From Palaeococcus ferrophilus DSM 13482 (GTDB lineage Archaea; Methanobacteriota_B; Thermococci; Thermococcales; Thermococcaceae): DNA of 64,000 bases. The notes under the pieces are model-generated. The model saw only the letters and a program-made list of their open reading frames with translations. It did no database searches and had not been told where the DNA came from. Position 1 is the stretch's first letter, and each line of letters starts with the position of its first letter. The translations under genes were made by a program, and so were the position numbers. Of this stretch, positions 19,558 through 29,145 are shown piece after piece. The stretch covers positions 1 to 64,000 of the forward strand of contig NZ_LANF01000010.1 in NCBI RefSeq assembly GCF_000966265.1. Direction: 5' to 3'.

Positions 19558-19634
19558 GCCGGGGTAGCCTAGCTCGGCAGGGCGGCGGACTCGTAATCCG
19601 CAGGTCCCGGGTTCAAATCCCGGTCCCGGCTCCA
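19558..19634 (+). tRNA. tRNA-Thr (anticodon CGT), CCA encoded
   Basis: GCCGGGGTAGCCTAGCTCGGCAGGGCGGCGGACTCGTAATCCGCAGGTCCCGGGTTCAAATCCCGGTCCCGGCTCCA. Anticodon stem GCGGA/TCCGC, loop CTCGTAA. Confidence 0.85.
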
Positions 19635-19669
19635 CTCTCTTCCTAAACTGCGCCATCGCGTCATGTTTT

Positions 19670-20497
19670 CTAAAGCTCCTTCGGCGGTACCAGAATTCCG
19701 AGCTCGGTTATTACCCCCCTTACGAACTTCCACGGCGTTACATCGAAGACGTAGTTCCTCACAATGAAGTGGTTTCTCTTGAGCCTGCGCTCCACGAGAT
19801 GCACCTTCCCCGATTCCAGCTCGGGGTGTATCTTGAAGCTCTCGGCCGCCACGTAGAAGGGAACGCCACTCTCATGGCACGCGAGGGCCAGGGGATACGT
19901 ACCGGCCTTGTTTATTACCGCCCCGTCCCGCGTCACGTTGTCCGCCCCAACGAGCGCGAAGGTGGCCTTCCCCGCGAAAAGACCGATCTGGGCGTCCGTT
20001 ATGACCTCGAAGGGAATATCAAGACGCTCAAGCTCCCCCGCGAGGGCGAGCCCCTCATAGTCTGGGGCGCTTTCCGTGAGGATGACTTTAAAACGCTTCC
20101 CCTTGGCATTAGCTGTTTTCAGAACCTCAAGAACTGAGGAGGAGAAGGAGTGGGTGATTATAACGTCGCCATCATCCACCAACTCGCTCCCTATGTTTCC
20201 GATTTCCCTTAAAGCCTCCCTGCTCAGCCGTATGAACTCCAACGCCTTCGCCCTCACGATTTCTGGGTTGCCCGTTGAGGGGATGAAACGGACGAGGTTG
20301 TAGAGCGAGGCCATGGTAGGGTTGACGGCCATCATTTCCTTCCCAAGCTCTTTGATGGCCATCTCAAGCTCCTCTCCCTCCAGAGAATCGGCCAGAACGA
20401 TGTAGGCCTCCGCACCTCGCCTCGCCATGTACGAAGCGCCCCTTATCCTCTCGGCCTTCAGCTCCTCCAGGATGACCCGAACGCCCTCCGGAAGCAT
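19670..20497 (-). CDS. eIF-2B alpha/beta/delta family protein (ribose-1,5-bisphosphate isomerase / aIF-2B-like)
   Basis: 276 aa from MLPEGV (AGGTGG ribosome-binding site). Family-typical Rossmann-like regions (GDVIITHSFSSSV, ESAPDYEG, GADNVTRDGAVINKAGT). Confidence 0.7.
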   Translation of the reverse strand: MLPEGVRVILEELKAERIRGASYMARRGAEAYIVLADSLEGEELEMAIKELGKEMMAVNPTMASLYNLVRFIPSTGNPEIVRAKALEFIRLSREALREIGNIGSELVDDGDVIITHSFSSSVLEVLKTANAKGKRFKVILTESAPDYEGLALAGELERLDIPFEVITDAQIGLFAGKATFALVGADNVTRDGAVINKAGTYPLALACHESGVPFYVAAESFKIHPELESGKVHLVERRLKRNHFIVRNYVFDVTPWKFVRGVITELGILVPPKEL

Positions 20498-20593
20498 GTA
20501 ATCACCAGCCCACCTCAAACCTCAGTCCCCTATCCTCCATAAACCTTCTGGCCCTTTCAACTTCCTCCTCGCTCTCCCCGAAGATGATGAGCC

Positions 20594-21271
20594 CTATATA
20601 TCGGCCGAACCCCTTGGTGATGAGTGGATTTTCACTGAAAACTTTTGGATGGTCTCAACGAGGAGTGGAGCGAGCTTTGATTCATCCGTTATCTCGGCCA
20701 GAAGCTTTCTCTGGATGAAAGTCCTCTTCCCGAGTCTGGGCAGGACTTCTTTCTCAAGCATGGCCTTCATCTCACGGGGCATTCCTGGGAGCACGAATAT
20801 CTTCACTCCCCCGTGTTCGATGTAGGCTCCGGGGGCGGCACCTTCCGTGTTCTCCAGCGGCTCGGCACCCTCCGGAAGGTAGGCCATTTTCCTCCTCCCC
20901 TTGTTGAGCTCGGGGTCATCTATCATACCCTTCTCATAGAGCGCCCTGTAGAAATCCCCAATCCGCTTGAGGCAGCCCTCGCACAGGACCAGCTCCCTCC
21001 CAACGGCGCGGGCGACCGCAGTCATCGTAACGTCGTCATGGGTCGGCCCCAGTCCACCGGAGATAATCAGGACCTCGGGCTTCCTTTCGAGGCTTTCCCT
21101 CACCGCTACCTCTATCTCATCAACATCGTCACCGACCGTGACCTTTCTCCTCACCCAGTAGCCCATCTCCGTCAGTTTCTTCGCTATGAAAGCGGAGTTG
21201 CTGTCCACGGTGTTGCCAGTGAGAAGCTCGTCCCCCACGGTAAGGATTTCTGCGTACACGTTCCCACCCAA
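20594..21271 (-). CDS. CinA-like / MoaB-MogA molybdopterin-binding-fold protein
   Basis: 225 aa. AEILTVGDELLTGNTVDSNSAFIAKKL and ISGGLGPTHDDVT are hallmarks of the CinA N-terminal (MoCF-binding) domain. Confidence 0.75.
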   Translation of the reverse strand: MGGNVYAEILTVGDELLTGNTVDSNSAFIAKKLTEMGYWVRRKVTVGDDVDEIEVAVRESLERKPEVLIISGGLGPTHDDVTMTAVARAVGRELVLCEGCLKRIGDFYRALYEKGMIDDPELNKGRRKMAYLPEGAEPLENTEGAAPGAYIEHGGVKIFVLPGMPREMKAMLEKEVLPRLGKRTFIQRKLLAEITDESKLAPLLVETIQKFSVKIHSSPRGSADI

Positions 21272-21554
21272 AGGGTTTTGGGAGTACCCTTTAATAAGCT
21301 AAGCGGTGGGGATGAGCAACATTATCGGGAGAGTTCAATCAGCAGTATTTCGGATTAGTGATGAACCGTGGAAAATATGCCTACAAATAGGCATGGTTTG
21401 GAGTTATCAGACAACATTTTTTTACTTTTTCTTTTCACCATAAAACACAAGTGTTATTAATTATGTTATTATTTTGTAACTAGTTTATTTTTTACTATCA
21501 AATAGAAAAATTTATAAATGCCATGAGTTTCTACGATTATGAACACTTAAAGAA

Positions 21555-22256
21555 GTGGTAGCAGTGAAGTGGAAACCATTAATAGGATTCCTCTTAGGGG
21601 TTATTATGGTTGGGATGAGCGCAGGGAGCGCCATGGCAATGCCCTTTCAGAAGGAACCGATAAAACCTCAACACAATATAGGATTGGGAAGTGTTATTAT
21701 GTCCTGGCTTGTGAGTTACGACAATAGCATAATATCGGAAAATAGAGAATATCATGGTAATATCGGGTATATGTGGCATTACAAAGTGAAACATGGGAAG
21801 AGGGGGAGATTGAGCATTTCTGTGTTTAAGTATGTTCCTCTCTTTGGGTATTCCACATATACCATACTCCCCGATATGACAGTATACAGCGACACCTTTG
21901 GAGGGAAAAACTTCAAGTTGAAGTCCATAAAGACCCACAGGGTGCCGGGCACTGGAATTCGATTCAAAACAATAGAAACAAGTTATTCTTCTTGGGTCAG
22001 TAGCGGAGGATGGTGGGGAATAGACCTAAAATTTGATGCGGGATATGGGAGACATGGAATAGTTACATTGGGGATGAGCAATCTCGAAAACTTTATTATA
22101 GCATTCACAGGTAAACTGGGAGGTGGAAAATGGGCGGATAAACTCGTTGATTTTGTGTCCAGGGGTAGTCTATCCTCTTTAGCAGATGCGCTTTCAGCAA
22201 TCATTGTTTTTGCCTCAGGTATAAACGTGGATGCCGTGTACTTTACGGAGGTGTGA
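21555..22256 (+). CDS. Secreted hypothetical protein (signal peptide, beta-rich) encoded in a low-GC island
   Basis: 233 aa. N-terminal KWKPLIGFLLGVIMVGMSAGSAMA signal peptide. Codon usage is markedly more AT-rich than the surrounding genes. Confidence 0.5.
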   Translation: MVAVKWKPLIGFLLGVIMVGMSAGSAMAMPFQKEPIKPQHNIGLGSVIMSWLVSYDNSIISENREYHGNIGYMWHYKVKHGKRGRLSISVFKYVPLFGYSTYTILPDMTVYSDTFGGKNFKLKSIKTHRVPGTGIRFKTIETSYSSWVSSGGWWGIDLKFDAGYGRHGIVTLGMSNLENFIIAFTGKLGGGKWADKLVDFVSRGSLSSLADALSAIIVFASGINVDAVYFTEV

Positions 22257-22259
22257 ACG

Positions 22260-22556
22260 TTGCGTTTTTTATATTTTCTTTTTGGGTTTTTACTTGCGTT
22301 TAATCCTTTTACTGGGATACCCACAATATTGATAGGTATCCTATTCGTTAAAATCGATACCAAGATCAAACTCGCGTATTCCCTTTTGGGGTTAGTTCTG
22401 GGAACTATGGCCGGAATATTCCTGTGGGGAGATTCATGGATCCTCGAACAACTAAAATGGGGGTACCAAGAACAGGGAGCATGGGGTTTTGTAGGGGGCA
22501 CACTAGTTCTCGTACTCCTGTCTCTTATAGTGGCCCGGACGCTTCACAGGAATTGA
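22260..22556 (+). CDS. Small membrane protein (3 transmembrane helices), low-GC island
   Basis: 98 aa, starts 4 nt after the upstream stop. Hydrophobic. Confidence 0.45.
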   Translation: MRFLYFLFGFLLAFNPFTGIPTILIGILFVKIDTKIKLAYSLLGLVLGTMAGIFLWGDSWILEQLKWGYQEQGAWGFVGGTLVLVLLSLIVARTLHRN

Positions 22557-22568
22557 GGGGGACTTGAT

Positions 22569-23063
22569 ATGAAACCACGCAATCGTAATGTTTTACATTT
22601 CATACTGGTGACAATAACATATGGAGTGATTGCGTACTCCAATCAGATCATAGGGTTTTACGCAATGCTTCGAATTATGGATGCGTCGATTTGGAAAATC
22701 CTAGTTGCCGTAATTGGAGTGGGAATTAGATTTCTGTTGCAGATTTCAACGGCAAGCATTTTTAGTTGGATAGTGTTGGGGCAGAAAATCGGCTCCAATG
22801 AGATTAAATCTGCGTTCGTTCCATTACTCGTAGCTGGAACCTTCTGTACATTCTTTAGGCTCATTGGGTATTTTGTTCTAACTAACGCATATTTAATTTC
22901 GTTAAGGAGTGCCTTAGAGAGCATTTTCATGACTACTGGCTGGTTTTTGTCATTTTATCTCCTGGGAAAAGAGATGTCATCAGATACTCTTACACTAATA
23001 AAGAAATATGCCTCAGTATTTGGCATTGGGTTGCTCATTTATTTTGTCTTCCCACCGGTTTGA
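22569..23063 (+). CDS. Membrane protein (4 to 5 transmembrane helices), low-GC island
   Basis: 164 aa, 13 nt after the upstream stop. AT-rich codons. Confidence 0.45.
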   Translation: MKPRNRNVLHFILVTITYGVIAYSNQIIGFYAMLRIMDASIWKILVAVIGVGIRFLLQISTASIFSWIVLGQKIGSNEIKSAFVPLLVAGTFCTFFRLIGYFVLTNAYLISLRSALESIFMTTGWFLSFYLLGKEMSSDTLTLIKKYASVFGIGLLIYFVFPPV

Positions 23064-23286
23064 CCCCATAAACCCAGAGAGGTGCATGAGAGGGAACTTG
23101 TTTGGTGGGAATTACGTGTGTGAATGACATGTGTCCAGTGTAGAGCTGTGGCAATGGAGGCTTACTAGCTTAAGGTGCCCTCATTTTTTATCGGCCTAAA
23201 AGCTTCGACCGGAACCTATGCTCCCGGCTCCCCAAAACCCTTTTAATGTATCACCGCCAATGAGTAAACATCCAGAGGTGATTGTG

Positions 23287-25782
23287 ATGGAAGACGTCAA
23301 AAAGATGATTGAATCAAAGCTCCCCGGCAACATTGAGGGGCTTCTTGAGCTGGCGTACAACTACTGGTGGAGCTGGAACAGAAGGGCCACCAGGCTCTGG
23401 GAGAAGATTGACCCCGAGCACTGGCGCGAGTACAAAAACCCCGTGAAACTACTCCTCGATACTCCGGAGGAGAGGCTCAAGGAGCTCTCAAAGGATGACG
23501 ACTTCATGAACCTCTATGAACTCGTTATGGACCAGTTCAGGCACTACATGGAGGCCGAATCAACCTGGTTCTCAACCAACTACCCCAAGTGGGACAGGCC
23601 GATAGTCTACATGTGCATGGAGTACGGCATAAGCAAGAGCCTTCCGATTTACTCGGGTGGCCTTGGAATACTCGCCGGCGACCACGTTAAGACGGCAAGC
23701 GATTTGGGATTGCCTTTCATAGCGGTGGGCCTCCTCTACAAGCACGGCTACTTCAGGCAGGAGATAGACGAGAACGGAAGACAGAGGGAAGTATTCCCCG
23801 AGCACAGCCCGGAGGAGATGCCCATAGAGCCCGTACTCGGAAAGGACGGAAAGCCGCTGAGGGTGGAGGTGCCCATAGAGGACAGGATGGTTTACGCGAG
23901 GGCCTTCAAGGTTAAGGTGGGCAGGGTGGAGCTCTACCTCCTCGATACCGATGTTCCCGAGAACGACGAGGACGACAGGAAGATATGCGACTACCTCTAC
24001 AACGCGGAGATGGACAAGAGAATAAAGCAGGAAATCCTCCTGGGCATAGGTGGGATGAGGCTCCTCAGGGCCCTTGGAGTTGAGCCCGGTGTTATACACC
24101 TCAACGAGGGGCACCCGGCCTTTGCGAACTTCCAGAGGATAGCGTGGTACATGGATGAGGGCCTGAGCTTCATGGAGGCCTGGAGCCTCGTTAGAGGGAC
24201 GACGATATTCACGACCCATACACCGGTTCCGGCCGGCCACGACCGCTTCCCCATCACGGAGGTTGAGAAGAGACTCGAGAAGTTCTTCGAGGGGCTTCCA
24301 AAGGAGAGGTTCCTAGACCTCGGAAGGGAGGGCGACCAGATCAACATGACGCTTCTCTCAATAAGCACCTCCAGCTACGTCAACGGCGTGAGCAAGCTGC
24401 ACGCTGAAGTAAGCAAGCGCATGTGGCAGGACATCTGGAAAGAGGTTCCGCTGGACGAGATTCCCATAGAAGCCATAACCAACGGTGTCCACACAAAAAC
24501 GTGGCTTCATAACGAGATCAAGAAGCTCATAGACCGCTACGTGGGAAGAATCTGGAGGGAGCACGCCAACATAGAGGGTATATGGTACGCCGTCGAGAGA
24601 ATACCCAATGAGGAGCTCTGGGAGGCACACCTCAAGGCCAAGAAGGAGTTTATAGAACTCCTCAGAAGGAAGGCGATACGGAGGAACACACGCCTTGGAA
24701 TAGACGAGCCCCTCCCGGAGATAGACGAGAACGCCCTCATAATAGGCTTCGCGAGGCGTTTTGCAACCTACAAGCGCGCCACCCTCATACTGAGCGACCT
24801 TGAGAGGCTCAAGAGGCTCCTCAACAACCCGAAGAGGCCGGTTTACATAGTCTTCGGAGGAAAGGCACACCCGATGGACGAGGGGGGAAAGGAGTTCCTC
24901 AGGAGGGTTTACGAGGTCTCCCGGATGCCCGAGTTCAAAGGAAAGATATTCGTCATGGAGAACTACGATATGGGAAGCGCGAGGCTCATGGTTGCCGGCG
25001 TTGACGTGTGGCTCAACAACCCGCGCAGGCCCATGGAGGCGAGCGGAACGAGCGGAATGAAGGCCGGGCTGAACGGCGTTCTGAACGTCAGCATCTACGA
25101 CGGCTGGTGGGTCGAGGGCTACAACGGAAAGAACGGCTGGGTTATCGGGGAAGAAACCACGGAGCCGGAGACGGAAGCGGACGACCCCAAAGACGCGGAG
25201 AGCCTCTACCGCCTTCTCGAGGAGGAGGTCATTCCAACTTACTACAGCAACCGCGAGCGCTGGATATACATGATGAAGGAGAGCATAAAGAGCATCGCAC
25301 CGCGCTTCAGCACTCACCGCATGGTAAAGGAGTACATGGACAAGTTCTATTCCAAGGCCATGAGCAACCACATCTGGCTCACCAGGGAGAACTACCACGA
25401 GACCAGGAACATCGCCGCGTGGAAGGAGCGCATCCTCGCCTCGTGGCCGAACGTGAGGATAGAGAGGATACTTACCCAGGACGCCAGGGCTGTGGAGGTT
25501 ACGGTTGACCTCGATGGACTGAACCCGGAGGACGTCAAGGTGGAGCTCTACTACGGCGTCAAGGCGGAAGGCTATATAATTGAGAAGCCCCACATCATAG
25601 AACTCAAGCACCCCGAAGACCTCGGGGGCGGAAGGTGGCTCTACAGGTACGAGGGTAGCGCCCTGAAGCACCTTGGAAACCCCTGCTGGCACTACGCCGT
25701 CAGGGTGCACCCCCATCACGAGAAGCTCCCCCACGAGTTCCTCCTGGGCCTTGTGAAGTGGAAGGGCTTCTTCGAGGCGTAA
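23287..25782 (+). CDS. malP: Alpha-glucan (maltodextrin/glycogen) phosphorylase, GT35 family
   Basis: 831 aa from MEDVKK (GAGGTGA ribosome-binding site). Short archaeal-type GT35 phosphorylase with the PLP-lysine region (EASGTSGMKAGLNG). Confidence 0.9.
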   Translation: MEDVKKMIESKLPGNIEGLLELAYNYWWSWNRRATRLWEKIDPEHWREYKNPVKLLLDTPEERLKELSKDDDFMNLYELVMDQFRHYMEAESTWFSTNYPKWDRPIVYMCMEYGISKSLPIYSGGLGILAGDHVKTASDLGLPFIAVGLLYKHGYFRQEIDENGRQREVFPEHSPEEMPIEPVLGKDGKPLRVEVPIEDRMVYARAFKVKVGRVELYLLDTDVPENDEDDRKICDYLYNAEMDKRIKQEILLGIGGMRLLRALGVEPGVIHLNEGHPAFANFQRIAWYMDEGLSFMEAWSLVRGTTIFTTHTPVPAGHDRFPITEVEKRLEKFFEGLPKERFLDLGREGDQINMTLLSISTSSYVNGVSKLHAEVSKRMWQDIWKEVPLDEIPIEAITNGVHTKTWLHNEIKKLIDRYVGRIWREHANIEGIWYAVERIPNEELWEAHLKAKKEFIELLRRKAIRRNTRLGIDEPLPEIDENALIIGFARRFATYKRATLILSDLERLKRLLNNPKRPVYIVFGGKAHPMDEGGKEFLRRVYEVSRMPEFKGKIFVMENYDMGSARLMVAGVDVWLNNPRRPMEASGTSGMKAGLNGVLNVSIYDGWWVEGYNGKNGWVIGEETTEPETEADDPKDAESLYRLLEEEVIPTYYSNRERWIYMMKESIKSIAPRFSTHRMVKEYMDKFYSKAMSNHIWLTRENYHETRNIAAWKERILASWPNVRIERILTQDARAVEVTVDLDGLNPEDVKVELYYGVKAEGYIIEKPHIIELKHPEDLGGGRWLYRYEGSALKHLGNPCWHYAVRVHPHHEKLPHEFLLGLVKWKGFFEA

Positions 25783-25869
25783 TCCATTTTTTTGAAAATT
25801 TTTTGAATTTCTTGCAAAGGGCACAACTCTTTTATATTTCAAGCCCCTTAATTTGATGATAAAATCCGG

Positions 25870-27150
25870 GTGATGGCCATGGACACGAGGAAATGGACAG
25901 CTTATCTAATCCTGCTCGTGGCGGGATACGCCGCGGGTATAGGAACGCTTGGGCTGGTACCCCAGTTCTGGCTCAAATACGGAACGAACGGACTCGGAGC
26001 GTACATACTATTCACCGTGGCCTTCATGTACCTCGCCATCACAGAGGCGGAGGCCGTTCAGAGGAGCCGCTACCACTTCGTGGAACTCTACACAAAGCTC
26101 ACTCCATACAGGGGAATGCTAATAGCGGCGTTTGTGCTAAACGTGCTCTTCCTATCCTACTACACGGCCAACGTTGGACTGACGCTCCTATCGCCATTCC
26201 TAGGAACGGGAACGATGGGCAGGCTCATCGCGAAGATACTCATAATAGTGCTGGCCTATCTGATAATCTCCCGCGCCAAGGAGAAGACATTCCTCATCAT
26301 GGCATGGGGAGGTATTACCTTCATACTTCTCGTGGTGCTCCTCGGGATACTCTTCAGAACGACAATAAGCCCCGACAACGCCTACCTCCAGATGGCAAAC
26401 GGGATGCTCCACGCAAGCCACCCCATAACGCTGGCCCTCCTGAGGGACGCGGCAATAAGGGCAATCTACGGAGTGGGACTGGGTTTCATGTTCTACCTCA
26501 TGCTGGGCAGCTTCCTCGGTGATAGATTCAACGCGAAGGTCATCATTGGAGGGGGAGTGCTCATACAGGTGCTGGTTGGAATCATGGGCACGTACACCCT
26601 CATCTACGGGGCCTCCCAGGCCTCACCCGGCCTTCTCCTTAACTTCGCCACGGGCGGTGAGGAAGCGGCCCTCAAGTTCATGGGGGAGCTTGTCACATAC
26701 CTAACGCCGCTCCAAACACTCCTCATAGGACTCGGGCTGTTCATGGCGGGCATTACGAGCATAATCCCCATCTTCGAGACGGCACTCCAGATGGTTCCAG
26801 CGCTCATGGGCGTGGGAAGAAAGCAGGGCGCCAATTACGTGGCGGGAATAGTGCTCATCCTCGGCCTCGTCAATGCGGTACCTCTCGTGGCCGACATAAG
26901 CCTCCAGGCGGTCAACATAGCGCTGTTCATAACAGCCATCTTCGAAGCGATTCCCCTCGTCTACAGGCTCAAGCACGTGACGCTCCCCGAGAGGGCCATC
27001 GCGGCCATTGGCATCGTGATGTTCGCAGTGCTTGGCATCGAAACCCTCCACAACGTCACGACGATGGGAACACAGTACTGGGCTTCGGTAATCATAGCCC
27101 TGGCGGTGCTCGTCATTGGTGTTGGAGTGAGGAGCCCCCCAGGGGAGTGA
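25870..27150 (+). CDS. Polytopic membrane transporter, probably sodium-dependent, NSS/SNF-like
   Basis: 426 aa, about 11 to 12 transmembrane helices. N-terminal GIGTLGLVPQFWLKYGTNGLGAYILF loosely matches the NSS signature (GLGNVWRFPY...GGGAF). Confidence 0.45.
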   Translation: MMAMDTRKWTAYLILLVAGYAAGIGTLGLVPQFWLKYGTNGLGAYILFTVAFMYLAITEAEAVQRSRYHFVELYTKLTPYRGMLIAAFVLNVLFLSYYTANVGLTLLSPFLGTGTMGRLIAKILIIVLAYLIISRAKEKTFLIMAWGGITFILLVVLLGILFRTTISPDNAYLQMANGMLHASHPITLALLRDAAIRAIYGVGLGFMFYLMLGSFLGDRFNAKVIIGGGVLIQVLVGIMGTYTLIYGASQASPGLLLNFATGGEEAALKFMGELVTYLTPLQTLLIGLGLFMAGITSIIPIFETALQMVPALMGVGRKQGANYVAGIVLILGLVNAVPLVADISLQAVNIALFITAIFEAIPLVYRLKHVTLPERAIAAIGIVMFAVLGIETLHNVTTMGTQYWASVIIALAVLVIGVGVRSPPGE

Positions 27151-27258
27151 GCCCCTTCTTCTCAATTTTTGTCCGAAGGCCCTCCGACGGAAGGTTCTCA
27201 AAAGGACGCCCGAGTCTCAGAAGAGGGCAACAACCATAAAGGAGTTAAAAAGAAAAGG

Positions 27259-27960
27259 TCACTCCTTCTTCTCCTCAGGCTTTGCGGGAGCTTCTTTCTT
27301 TTCCGCTTTGGGCTCTTCTTTCTTCTCGACCGACTTGGCGGCCGGCTTTGCCGCGGGCTTTGGCTTTGCCGCCGCCGGCGGCTTGAGGCCGTAGCCCAGT
27401 ATTTTGAACTTGAACTCCTCCCCGTTCTTAAGGTAGTATGTGACCTCTTTGGTCTCTTTGTTGAACTTTATCCTCTCCACAGGGAACCTCCAGTCACGAC
27501 GGCTCTCCTGTATCTCCCTGAACGTCTCGGGGGGTATTGGCACCCAGTCGAAGAGCTGAAGCTCCTCATCTTTCCACTCGGTTGTGAGCATGTAGCTCTC
27601 CGCGAAGCCGAGTGCGTTAGTTGGGCAGACGTCAACGCAGAACTGGCAGAATGTACAGCGTCCGTAGTCAACCTTCGGATGGGGCCTCTTCTCCACCTTG
27701 CCGTCCACCTCTATCCACGTCATCTCTATTGCTCTCGCTGGACATATTTGACCGCACATGTTACAGCCTATGCAGGTCTTCCAGTTGAGGGTGTGGAATC
27801 CGCGGTAGTCCTTGGCAGGCTCTAAGCTCTCGTAGGGTATCTTTATCGTGACCGGCTTCTTGAAGAGGTACTTGATACTCATCCAAGGCTTGAGGAATGA
27901 GGGTTTCTTCCTGACCTTACTCTCCGGGGCAATCCTAAACGTAATCTCCTCCATTTCCAT
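27259..27960 (-). CDS. mbxN: Mbx subunit N: NuoI-like 2x[4Fe-4S] ferredoxin subunit with a Lys/Pro/Ala-rich C-terminal tail
   Basis: CIGCNMCGQICP and CTFCQFCVDVCP clusters. C-terminal KPPAAAKPKPAAKPAAKSVEKKEEPKAEKKEAPAKPEEKKE. Confidence 0.8.
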   Translation of the reverse strand: MEMEEITFRIAPESKVRKKPSFLKPWMSIKYLFKKPVTIKIPYESLEPAKDYRGFHTLNWKTCIGCNMCGQICPARAIEMTWIEVDGKVEKRPHPKVDYGRCTFCQFCVDVCPTNALGFAESYMLTTEWKDEELQLFDWVPIPPETFREIQESRRDWRFPVERIKFNKETKEVTYYLKNGEEFKFKILGYGLKPPAAAKPKPAAKPAAKSVEKKEEPKAEKKEAPAKPEEKKE

Positions 27961-29144
27961 CACCTGTCTATATCCGGCGGGCAGTTGTCAAGGCTCATAA
28001 GTATGACGGGCACATCGGCGAGCCTCGCTCCAACGAGCAGCTGCTCTATCACTCTAATTCCGTGGGCGATGCTGGGTCCTCTAATCTGCACCCTGTATGG
28101 CTTGTTCTTTCCGTCGCTGACGACGTAGGCTCCAAAGTCACCCTTGGTCGCCTCGACGTGGGCGAAGGCATCGCCCGCAGGGACCTTAAGCCTCGGAAGG
28201 CTCTTGAAGCCAGGGTGGTTGACCTTGTAGGGCCCGCTCGGCGGCCCCATGTCGAGGAGCTGCTCGAGGACGTATAAGTCCTGCTCTATCTCAAAGCGCC
28301 TTATGAGTGCCCTGGCAAGCGCGTCCCCCTCCCTGAGGACAGGAACCTCGAAGTCCAGCTCGGGATAGAGGAGGTATGGGTCAACCCTTCTCACGTCGTA
28401 GGGCACTCCCGTCGCGCGGAGGTTGGGGCCGGTGACGCCCTCGGAGAGGGCAAATCTCTTGTCCATGACGCCTATTCCCTCAAGCCTCCTGTAGGTGATG
28501 TAGTTCTCAAAGAGGATGTTGTCGAAGTCCTTGAGCTTGTCCTTTATGTACTCGACGGTGTCTTTCAGCTGGCGGAGCCACTTGTCTCCGGGTATGTCCC
28601 TCCTAACTCCGCCGGGGATTGTGTAGATGTGATAAACCCTCGCCCCAGTGAGCTGCTCGAAGAGGGCCATGAGCCTCTCCCTGTAGGCTGCGGCCCAGTG
28701 GCCAGCAGTGTAGACACCGAGCTTGAAGCTGAGCCCCATTATCCAGAACAGGTAGGCGCTGACCCTGGCCATCTCGAGGACGGTCGTCCTTATCCACTGG
28801 GCCCTCTCCGGAACCTCCCATCCCATTATCTCGTCCACAGCCATGGAGTATATTGCCTCTGGCACATCTGGCTCTGGCACACATATACGAAGGAGCAGGG
28901 CTATGTTGGTGTGCCACGGCCTGTACTCGGCGAGCTTCTCGAAACCGCGGTGGAGGAAACCGGGGTTGGCTACCGCTTTGACAACCCTGTTGCCGTCCAT
29001 TTTAAGGATCAGGCTGTAGTTCTCGGTGGCCATATGCTGTGGACCGAAAAAGAGCTCATAAGTGTCCTTATCTATGGGCAGGAGGTCCATCCCATTCGCT
29101 CTCGCTTCCATAATGAGTTCTTCCTGTGAAACCATTATCATCAC
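27960..29144 (-). CDS. mbxL: Mbx subunit L: NuoD / [NiFe]-hydrogenase large-subunit homolog lacking the Ni-binding Cys pairs
   Basis: 394 aa. The N-terminal FGPQHMATE replaces the RxCGxC motif. The C-terminal LDNCPPDIDR has a single Cys instead of DPCxxC. Confidence 0.8.
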   Translation of the reverse strand: MMIMVSQEELIMEARANGMDLLPIDKDTYELFFGPQHMATENYSLILKMDGNRVVKAVANPGFLHRGFEKLAEYRPWHTNIALLLRICVPEPDVPEAIYSMAVDEIMGWEVPERAQWIRTTVLEMARVSAYLFWIMGLSFKLGVYTAGHWAAAYRERLMALFEQLTGARVYHIYTIPGGVRRDIPGDKWLRQLKDTVEYIKDKLKDFDNILFENYITYRRLEGIGVMDKRFALSEGVTGPNLRATGVPYDVRRVDPYLLYPELDFEVPVLREGDALARALIRRFEIEQDLYVLEQLLDMGPPSGPYKVNHPGFKSLPRLKVPAGDAFAHVEATKGDFGAYVVSDGKNKPYRVQIRGPSIAHGIRVIEQLLVGARLADVPVILMSLDNCPPDIDR

Positions 29145-29145
29145 C

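Noticed and set aside
24358-25842. 494-aa minus-strand ORF
   Set aside because: Lies entirely antisense to the alpha-glucan phosphorylase gene. Low-complexity, non-protein-like sequence.
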